Source of the DNA: Obrimoposthia wandeli
Taxonomy: Eukaryota
Assembly (NCBI GenBank): GCA_977020255.1
Contig: CDROCS010000877.1
Span: 1-64,000 of the forward strand
DNA: 64,000 nucleotides
Reading direction: 5' to 3'
The first letter of the stretch is position 1, and each line of letters starts with the position of its first letter. The translations under genes and the position numbers were made by a program. The notes beneath the pieces are model-generated. The model did not search any database, was not told where the DNA came from, and saw nothing but the letters and a program-made list of their open reading frames with translations. Shown one piece after another: positions 1-8,500 of this stretch.

Positions 1-169
1 TCACACTAAGCATAAAATTGTCTTTTAGAATTTCAGTGTTAATAATTTCAGTTAAACATCATACATAAAAAGGAATATCAATTACAGTTCACAAGATTAT
101 ACACTATAATTACAAATTATAAAGGAATTATCGGTGGTATGCGATACACAGGGTAGTTCATGATGCCGT

Positions 170-860
170 TCAAGTCAGAAAGTTTCCTTCGATTATTGCT
201 GGGAGTTGGGCTGGCCTGTGCTTCTGCTCCTCCACGCAGAACGAGCACCAGCAATCGCAATAGTTTTCCAGCAGTGTACTATGGGTGCCCACTCTCTGCT
301 TGAGGTTGTCCTGGTTGTTAATGTAGTGTACGGAGAAGGTCGCTCTGCACATCGGGCAGGTTAAAGTCGAGGGGATTGTTGCTGTTGGTAATAATCCACG
401 TCTCGAGGCATTCGACGTGGAAGAGGTGGTCGCAGTTGTTGGGCTTGGGTAGAAGTCCACGATGCCCTGCAGCAGATGGAACATTCTCCAGACATTACTG
501 TGAGAGGATTGATGCTGAATTTGGGCTCGATTGAGTGACTGGTGGTTGTGTGATGTTTACACAAAAGTGGTCGGATTTGTCGTTCTGACAAACAGTAGTA
601 ACACCAACACTCTCCGAAATTCTTCCAACAGAATACCACCTGTACATATACATCCTCTTGGTTGGGTTCTAACATGATGAATCTTGCGAATTGTCTTCTG
701 CATACAGGGCAACAAGGGTATGTTGGATGTCCGAACTGTCCATAAGTTCTGATCCATGTCGATAAACATTCCTCAAATGGTTGCAGGTTTCGGGTCTTGT
801 TCTTCGTTCAAGCGGTTAGATCTTCCAAACATATTGGGCATTCTTCGGACATTCTAAATA
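170..860 (-). pseudogene. Two tandem RING-finger (E3 ligase-like) modules at the polyprotein C-terminus, frameshifted
   Basis: Rejoined frames give CPICLEDL..(TCNH)..ECLSTWI..CCPVCR (840-700) and CSIC..NCDHLFHVECLETWI..TCPMCR (483-347). Each is followed by a CxCxxC motif (ECWCYYC; DCWCSFC). Confidence 0.75.
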
Positions 861-1783
861 CATGATGATGATTACTTCACATGAGTTTTATATATTTCCC
901 TACTATTTGTACAATCGCTTCTAGATATTTCTACATATTTCACACTAATTTATCTACAACCTCCTCTTTCTGACTTATCATATTTCTTGATTGGAGGCGG
1001 AGGTAAGTGGTCGCAATTCACTTCCTCCATGGTGGTGTGTTACAGCATTGCAATCCTTCGCATTTTCGTCGTATTCTTGGGCATACTTGACTGCCTTTCA
1101 CGCACACGATTGTCAATAGAACCACTGTTGTGTCGACACTACGGCCATTCCAATTAGTGCATTGACCGCTATTATTCCGTTGTCCGATGGATTTCATAAT
1201 CATACTTCATTTTGTTGTTTGTCGGTTCGAATGACATTTCCATGGGTTTTGATCGGTTTCCATGTATTATGTCCGATTTTCTAAAAAATTCGTGGATTTG
1301 GGTGTTTTGTTTCCGATGGAACAGGTACTATTATTTTGATTGGAAATGATGTTTGGGATCTAGTGATCGTTCCTCCACTTTTGTCCTCTTAATAATTGTA
1401 CTTTGGTTTCTACCAATTGAGCTCTTTTTTTCTTTCGCTTCTGTCTTTGTTCTGATCACTGTCGGTTTTTTGGAATGGGGTTTACTTTCTCGTTTACCTT
1501 TGTCTTCTTTTTCACTAGGATTGGTTTTTTGGGAATGATTTTCCTGGGTTTGATACTTCTCTCTATACCGGATTTACGAAATCGATTTGTTCTGGTATCT
1601 TAGAGTTATGTAGAATATTTCGCCCACCTGTTATTATCATGATTATGGTCGAGGTCTCTGTAGTATTACTGGAAATTCGATTACACAGACATTCTGTAAA
1701 AATGTGGTACTAACATTTGGCTTTGGATTTCGAATCTGATTCCGCCATCTGGGTTGGGACATTACTGTTACTCTTGTCGGTTT

Positions 1784-2359
1784 CTAGCAATCTGAAAATA
1801 TCCTAACGGAATTCCATACGGATTTACGTCGTCTACCTGTGATCATAATCCTGTCGACAATTTTCCAGATGCGTTCATCTCTAGGCAATATTAATGACTT
1901 TGTTCGGATACTTTGGATAATCCGCTTCCTCTTTGATATTGTTATCCGTAGGTATAACACTCTTTCATGATAGAATAAAATTAGATTGTAATCGGGTGTA
2001 CTTTGGTCGATCTTTATTCTGACCTGTCGGATGACATACAATTTCTGATCAATATTGTCGGTTGCTGACGTCTGTAGATGAATGTCTACTACGTGATTTG
2101 TTTTTAGTAGGGGGATTTCTATGTATACTGCCCGTATTACGTCTTGTCTCCATTTACTGATCATGATCTCATAACTAGCCTTGGTAGTGGTGATTTGTAT
2201 GATCAGCATGATTCCTATGATCGTTCGATTCCTAAACTCAGGAACTTCAATGAAACAAGTCAAATTACTCATATAGTACGGTCTTTCCTCGATATGTTCA
2301 TATATCGTTGGCTGGTACTCTGGTGCTGGTTCATCTAGAAATGGTGGTCTTGGGCACAT
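1784..2359 (-). CDS. Polyprotein segment of unknown function (beta-rich, basic)
   Basis: 191-aa ORF; joined to the upstream TM segment by restoring one A in an A5 run near 2375. Confidence 0.5.
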   Translation of the reverse strand: MCPRPPFLDEPAPEYQPTIYEHIEERPYYMSNLTCFIEVPEFRNRTIIGIMLIIQITTTKASYEIMISKWRQDVIRAVYIEIPLLKTNHVVDIHLQTSATDNIDQKLYVIRQVRIKIDQSTPDYNLILFYHERVLYLRITISKRKRIIQSIRTKSLILPRDERIWKIVDRIMITGRRRKSVWNSVRIFSDC

Positions 2360-2716
2360 ATACTTGTGTTGAATTTTTGTAAATTCACTTGACCTGTTCG
2401 GCTTGCGAGATCATGACGTTTCTTTTTTGATTTCAACTCTATCTTTGTACAACAAAACAAGATGAGTAATATTAATATTATAAATCCAATGATCAGTGCC
2501 AGTATTGGATTAACCACCCTCTAGAATACCATAACGTATTGCTGGTATCCCTTTACTCTTGATGGTTAATATTTTAAATTTGTGTGCACTTTGGTTGGAC
2601 ATGTCACTGAGAAGTACTATTTTAGTTTGTCCAAATGTGTAGCCTTCGCATGTGACAACATCAATTCCATAATGTCCATTTAGTGTTTCCATTTCGGTCG
2701 CTGGGACTATACACAT
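2335..2716 (-). pseudogene. Small type-I membrane module: lumenal Cys-containing part, TM helix, CC and basic stop-transfer
   Basis: ORF 2510-2716 is in frame with 2729-3529 across one TGA; removing one G near 2517 joins VNPILALIIGFIILILLILFCC-TKIELKSKKKR. Confidence 0.55.
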
Positions 2717-2728
2717 TAATCCTGGACA

Positions 2729-3529
2729 TCAATTTACACACATGATCATCACGGCTTTACTGTGGGATGTCTTGATTATTTCTAGGGTGTTATCTAGATT
2801 TCTCAAATGTAAATTATATTCGGATAGTGTCATCAATTCGGCTTTACTGGTTGGCATGGCTTGCAGTACCAATCCAATTACTACTCCATAAATCAATCCT
2901 TGTGCAACGGTGCACAGGGCCTTGACTGACCTTTTGCAAAGGGTTTTAATTATCAATCGTTTGAGATATATCTGTTTCTGATTAGATCGTTTTGTTATCT
3001 GTCGTTGTTTTGACATCTCCTCGATTCCATTTTTTCCGATAATCAACTGTACCTGTTTACCTTGTATCATCAACTTTCCGAATCCATTTTTGGCGGACAA
3101 GCATGTTTTATGTCCTTCCATCGTTTCAATTATCACTCTCTTACTTCCATACTCACGTGTTTTGATGACATCGCCGTCGAATATATACGTTGGTCCTTTC
3201 GTATCAGCATCTTTTTGTATTTCCTTTACAATTCGTTTTCTTCGCTTGCATCCGGCGAATGTTGTTGATATTCGGTCAAGTGTGCGCTGTCGGTCAGCTT
3301 CGTAATCTATTCGGAATTGATTCAGTATTCTGTTTTGTGGGTAAAATATCGCTTCATTTACTATGTTGTCTTCGATCCTTTCGTCTAGATACACAAGCAC
3401 TTTGTTCATCGGTCCATTTGGTCTTTTCATCTTTACAAACTGAAATCTTTTACTGTCGGTTCTCATAGATCGAAGACATTTTCGGATGATCCATACATCA
3501 ATTAATCCTAACAACACTAATAGCATCAT
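2729..3529 (-). CDS. Polyprotein segment: TM helix, basic cytosolic domain, internal signal peptide-like stretch
   Basis: 266-aa ORF in frame with 3545-6562 across a single TAG; hydrophobic MMLLVLLGLIDVWII and GLIYGVVIGLVLQAMPTSKA. Confidence 0.55.
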   Translation of the reverse strand: MMLLVLLGLIDVWIIRKCLRSMRTDSKRFQFVKMKRPNGPMNKVLVYLDERIEDNIVNEAIFYPQNRILNQFRIDYEADRQRTLDRISTTFAGCKRRKRIVKEIQKDADTKGPTYIFDGDVIKTREYGSKRVIIETMEGHKTCLSAKNGFGKLMIQGKQVQLIIGKNGIEEMSKQRQITKRSNQKQIYLKRLIIKTLCKRSVKALCTVAQGLIYGVVIGLVLQAMPTSKAELMTLSEYNLHLRNLDNTLEIIKTSHSKAVMIMCVN

Positions 3530-3544
3530 CAGTGCCGGCGTATG

Positions 3545-6500
3545 CTACTGTATGGTGTAGCTACGAAATTCGTTGAACCAGGAACTATTTCCGTGGTTGG
3601 AGCCTATCTCTTGTGCTCCCGTTATCGGCATTAAACAACTTAACAAGCCTATCGCTAGCAATCTTTGGTATTGAAAGCTGGGCACTGTTGTTGTAGCTTC
3701 ATTTGTTTCTCGTTGTTGCTTCCTCTTCTCGGTGTATTTTTCTATTTCTCGGACGAGTAACGGTTTGAATTCCGTATCTGGTCTATTCTGTTTGATGTAG
3801 ACCATCGCTTCTTCTGGCGTGTGACCATGGTACTCTACCAACAAGGATACACCTATGGTAGGCGCTAACATTGTACCTTTTTTCTGATATATCAGAACGC
3901 CGTTTCCTTCTGTGACTTCGGCTTGGATGGTTTGAGTCAATTTCGTCAGATGTTGTTGTGCATCGTTTATTTCTCGATTGGAAGCATGTATGTATCGAGT
4001 GGTGTCGTCTTCAGTATTTTGACACAGACTAATTATCTCGTTTCCGACTTCAACAATGTTGATTACTCGGTTGATACTGTGGAACTTTAATCCAGCAGTG
4101 TCTATATCTCCTGGATGACATAAAAATACTTTTGGCATTATCTGTGTAATTTTGTCGACTCCGGCTAAGAATAACCCGGTCAATGATAATGCTTGGAGGA
4201 AATTCTTTTCCTTTGGATCCTCAGGAATGTCGTCCATCCGTCTTTGTTCTTGCAACATAAGTTGGTAATTTGCCAACTGTCCCAAAAAATTAAGATTTGG
4301 GTTTGCAATACTTCTTCTCTCCTGTAGGTATTTTAGCGCTTCTAGTACCTGCATTCGTCTAGTCTTTATTAGATATGCTAATACTAGGGTTGCTGATCGA
4401 GAGATTCCTTTCTGGCAATGTACCAACTCTTTTCCTTGGTTTCGAAGTTCTCTGTGAAGTATTTCGTTTGTTTCTACGAACCATTCGAGAAGATTAGCGT
4501 CCATTGAGTCTTTTACTCGTAATGTAATAGCTCTGATTGTCTGATATTGTGATTTGTGATTCATTGTAACGTTGATCACATATGTTATCCCTTGTTCCAA
4601 CAGTTTCTTTTCATCTGTTGCATCTTCCACATTTCCGAGGTATAACTTATCTGGAATGATCTCGCTCATTGGTGGCATTAATTCTGACTCTTCAAGTTTT
4701 AGTCTTTCTAATCTCTTCTCTATTTGTTCGTCGATGTTGGATAGTTTCGCCAGTTTCTTCCCTCTCAGCATTCGTATTGCTGGAGAGATATTCATCTTTA
4801 TCTCTGATGTCTGTTCCTTTGTTGAGTCTTCTTCCGACTCGGTCTCTTCTGCAGATTTAATTCGTCTTTCTTGTATATTCTGTTTCACGAATTCTATGTT
4901 TTGTCTTTTTCTGCTCTCTTTAGCGAATTCAACCTCCATGGTTCTTCCGAATCGCTCTATTATGTCATCTTCGGATTCTGTTGATTCTGTATCGTTACTT
5001 TCCGGTTCGCTGTCTTCACTAGACTCGCTTGAAGGGTATTCTGGTATGTCTGTCTGGACTGAAATTAATGAAGGGGTAAGAATAATTGGATTGATTTCCC
5101 CTTCGTATTTGTGAATCGGATACGGTATTACACTATCTTTAAGTATCTCAACTTGGAACTGTGCTCCATAGCACATGACAATTGTTTCTAATTTACCCAT
5201 GATGGACAATCCATCGAAATAGGTAACATTCAGCTTAGATATCGGTGTTTTCGCATAATTAATTAAATTTACTCGTATCTCGGTTGATGACGGCCATCGA
5301 TTTTTTAGTAAAATTATAATTTCGTCGTTTATCGATGTGATCACACTTGGCGCGGATGATACTATTTCAGCATGATATTTTGGCTGGATTGAGTTGGTCA
5401 CTTGTTCTCGGATCATATTGATTCTTTGTGGTTTTTTATTTTTAGCTTCCCACTTCCGGTATCCGCTGTCAATGCGTAATTCTGCCGTTGCTTTGATAAT
5501 TTTATTGTTGGTCACTTCCGGTTGGTTTAGCGAATGAAATCCTTCTATTACGCTCAACCTTACAGATACTTCCGTTTGATCTGTGTCTAACCGGTGAGAT
5601 TCTGGTATACAACATACAATTGTCTTTCCATCAAAGTATTTGGTGTCCATCTGACAAATTATCTTTTCAGTGTCAGCGTCGATTAAATGGACTCTCATGA
5701 TAACTCTTTTCCCATGTGAATTACGTAATACCATTATTACATCGTGGTATTCTTGTTTGAGTCTTTTTGGTGTACCATGCAGTATGTGACCACCGGCCGG
5801 TTCCTTCTCTTCCTGACTGGCTAGTCCTGCTTCAGTACTGTCATAGTTCTGCCATGCAACTATGTTTGGTGTCAATGTGATTTCGATTATCACTTTCTCA
5901 GTCGTAAACACATTGGAGTTTTGATATAGTGCTGCGACTAATGTATTTCCGTCGTAGTATGACACTCTAAGTTCGCACAGAAATTCGTTTGTCAGTGCAT
6001 CTTTCACAATGACTTCTTTAGCCACATCTGTGGGTTGTGTTTTTTCGAAAACGACTATTATCTCTTCGTCTTCTTCTAATATCTCTTGTGGTGCGATGTG
6101 TCGGATTACTTCCTTTTCCTCTTGGTACTTCATTCTGAGCATATCAATTCTCGCTGGTTTTTCCTCGCTACCACTCGTCATCATGTTTATGTAGTTCCGA
6201 TCACTTACCATTCGTGTAAGTTTAATGGTATTGGTATTTGGCTTCAATTTCTGTGATCTTAACTCATATCGTGATGCATTATCTTTATTTGGTACTAATT
6301 TACATCGATTTGCATGTACAATCATCGGTTCCTTGTTCCGATTCTCCTCGTTGATTACTTTCAAATTTGTTGAGGTTGTCTGGATCACCTTGTATGGTCC
6401 TTTGTATGGTCTATGAAGTTTAAACGATAGACCTGGTTCGATGACTGGATAAAATATCATCACTTGATCTCCGACTCTAAATTCATGTGGTTTTGCTTTT

Positions 6501-6562
6501 TGTCGTATTGTTCCTTGTAACCTTCTTGATTGAATTTCAACTTCAATCCGGCTTTGGTCCAA
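3545..6562 (-). CDS. Integrase C-terminus (GPY/F) fused to three Ig/IPT-like repeats, an active DUSP and a pseudo-DUSP
   Basis: KLHRPYKGPYKVI; three repeats sharing Y[YF]DGx[TS]; IPDKLYLG..VINVT..VHCQKGISRSATLVLAYL..NPNLNFLGQL; second DSP-like fold lacking CX5R. Confidence 0.88.
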   Translation of the reverse strand: MDQSRIEVEIQSRRLQGTIRQKAKPHEFRVGDQVMIFYPVIEPGLSFKLHRPYKGPYKVIQTTSTNLKVINEENRNKEPMIVHANRCKLVPNKDNASRYELRSQKLKPNTNTIKLTRMVSDRNYINMMTSGSEEKPARIDMLRMKYQEEKEVIRHIAPQEILEEDEEIIVVFEKTQPTDVAKEVIVKDALTNEFLCELRVSYYDGNTLVAALYQNSNVFTTEKVIIEITLTPNIVAWQNYDSTEAGLASQEEKEPAGGHILHGTPKRLKQEYHDVIMVLRNSHGKRVIMRVHLIDADTEKIICQMDTKYFDGKTIVCCIPESHRLDTDQTEVSVRLSVIEGFHSLNQPEVTNNKIIKATAELRIDSGYRKWEAKNKKPQRINMIREQVTNSIQPKYHAEIVSSAPSVITSINDEIIILLKNRWPSSTEIRVNLINYAKTPISKLNVTYFDGLSIMGKLETIVMCYGAQFQVEILKDSVIPYPIHKYEGEINPIILTPSLISVQTDIPEYPSSESSEDSEPESNDTESTESEDDIIERFGRTMEVEFAKESRKRQNIEFVKQNIQERRIKSAEETESEEDSTKEQTSEIKMNISPAIRMLRGKKLAKLSNIDEQIEKRLERLKLEESELMPPMSEIIPDKLYLGNVEDATDEKKLLEQGITYVINVTMNHKSQYQTIRAITLRVKDSMDANLLEWFVETNEILHRELRNQGKELVHCQKGISRSATLVLAYLIKTRRMQVLEALKYLQERRSIANPNLNFLGQLANYQLMLQEQRRMDDIPEDPKEKNFLQALSLTGLFLAGVDKITQIMPKVFLCHPGDIDTAGLKFHSINRVINIVEVGNEIISLCQNTEDDTTRYIHASNREINDAQQHLTKLTQTIQAEVTEGNGVLIYQKKGTMLAPTIGVSLLVEYHGHTPEEAMVYIKQNRPDTEFKPLLVREIEKYTEKRKQQRETNEATTTVPSFQYQRLLAIGLLSCLMPITGAQEIGSNHGNSSWFNEFRSYTIQ
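4262..4669 (-). other. Dual-specificity phosphatase domain with intact HCX5R
   Basis: VHCQKGISRS active-site loop; upstream Asp loop (VKDSMDANL); AYL motif; R..ANPNLNFLGQL motif typical of MKP/VH1-type DUSPs. Confidence 0.92.
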
Positions 6563-7330
6563 GCATCTTGTAATCTTTCCTTCATGACGACAATGTATTG
6601 TTCAGTTTCTAGATACTGAGATGCTGGCTCGGTCCACTCCAGATCCATTGGCATATTGTTCTGTCTGAGATACATCAGATAGAATGGTGTGTGACCCGTC
6701 GCCTCTCGAACTGAATTCCTGTAAGCATATAAACATGAAGGTAAATATTTATCCCAATCCTCTTGCTTGTCTGAGCAATAGGATTGTACCATCATACATA
6801 AAGTTTTATTAAACCTTTCTACCAGACCATCTGTCTGTGGGTGATATGGTGAAGTTTGTAACTTCATAATTCCGAATATCTTCGATACTGCTTTTATGAC
6901 TTCTCCAGTGAAGTTCTTTCCTTGATCCGTTAACAACTTTCTAGGCACTCCGTATCGAAATATTATCTCTTCCACTAAGATTTGCGCTATTGTTTCAGCT
7001 TTCTGGTTCTGCATGGGATATGCTTCTACCCATCTCGTCATGTAATCCGTAAATACTATGACGTACTTGTTTCCTTTACTTGATTCTCTCAATGGTCCCA
7101 ATATATCCATCGCTGTGAATTCCATTGGTGCCAAAGGAACTGGCATTGGTTTTAGTGGAACTTTAGTACGAGTTCCGGTGTCTTTTCTGGTTAAACATAC
7201 TTTACATTGTTTACACCATTGTTTTATGTCGTCTTCCATACCATCCCAATGGTACTGGCTATTGTCTTTCGCCCTGACAGATGTCCTCCTAGTGTTCCAT
7301 CGTGATACTGGATCATCACTGCTGTTTTCA
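6460..7330 (-). CDS. pol: Retroviral-type integrase (HHCC + DDE core)
   Basis: HDGTLGGH..WCKQCKVC; MDILGP..TDYMTRW..TDQGKNF..YHPQTDGLVERFNKTL. Confidence 0.95.
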
Positions 7331-8500
7331 ATGACTTCGGAATTACTACTACTATTTTTCCGACATTATTGACAATATACAAGATTCCTTCTTTTATCGA
7401 GTATTTTTTCGTCATTTCATCGTTTAGATCTCCTTTCACCAACAATTCTTTGATTAGACTCAGTTCTTCATCTTCTTTCTGTTCTTTGATGATCTCTTTG
7501 TCTATTTTACCCGTTTTTAGCAAAATCGTCAGTAGATTTGCTTCTCCATTTTGGTCATTGGTTTCATCTTGTTCTTCCTCTGGAATTATGTTTCCTTTCT
7601 CATCTACATTTGTCAATCTCGATAAACAATCTGCGTTGCCATTCGACTTTCCGGTTCTATAACGGATTTCTAGATCGAATTCGGCCAATTTTAGAAACCA
7701 TCTGTTCAACCTACTCATCTCATCTCTATGTTTATATAAGAACTGTAATGGTTTGTGATCTGTATACAGGAATACCTTTTGTCCTAGCAAATAGTGTCTG
7801 TACTGTCTACATGAATACACTATGGCTAGACATTCCTTTTCGATAACAGAGTATCCTCTTTCGGCTCTGTTTAATCCTCTACTCGCATACGCGATGACGT
7901 GTTCTCTTCCTTCGTCATCCTCTTGTCCCAATACTGCTCCTACAGCATAGTTACTTGCATCTGTCATGAGTATGAATTGTCGGTTTATATCTGGAAACGC
8001 TAATATTGGTGCTTTTATCAGTCTTTCTTTTAAATGCTCGAACGCTTGTTGTGCTTCTTCTCCCCATATGAACTTCTTATCTTTTCTCGTCAACTTCCTC
8101 AATGGTGTTGCTATATCTGAAAAATGTTCAACAAATCGTCTATAATAATTCGCAAGGCCTAAAAAACTCTGTATCTCCTTAACAGTCTTTGGCGCTAAAT
8201 GTGCTTTTACTTTCTCGATCTTTGCCGGATCAGGTCGAATGCCTTCTTTCGATACTATATGTCCTAAAAATGTTACTCGCTCTTTAGCCCATTCGCATTT
8301 TGTAGGTTTAACTTTAATTTAGCGTTTTCCAGTCTTTTAAATACAACTTCAAGATTTTTTAAATGTTCTTCGAACGTTTTTGAAAATATTATTATGTCAT
8401 CGATATAAACCATCGTGTTTGCACACGATGCGAGTACAAAATTCATGCAACGCTGAAATGTTGCTGGAGCTCCTGTCAGTCGAATGGCATCTTTTCGCAT
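7224..8500 (-). pseudogene. pol: RT C-terminal half and RNase H, two single-base frameshifts
   Basis: GAPATFQR..VYIDDIIIFS; FLGHIVS..FLGLANYYRRFV; TDASNYAVGAVL..EKECLAIV..YTDHKPL..NADCLSR. Confidence 0.95.

Noticed and set aside
2729-3547. Programmed stop-codon readthrough at 3545 and 2729
   Set aside because: Contexts (TAG CAT ACG; TGA TGT) do not match the known CARYYA or UGA-C signals; more likely nonsense mutations.
4572-5114. Plus-strand ORFs over the giant element (also 9263-9757, 10961-11368, 7369-7662)
   Set aside because: Antisense shadows of the minus-strand coding frame, rich in Ser/Leu/Phe, no motifs.
6200-6460. Chromodomain after the gypsy integrase
   Set aside because: No YLVKW-type motif follows GPY/F; the beta-rich repeats come instead.
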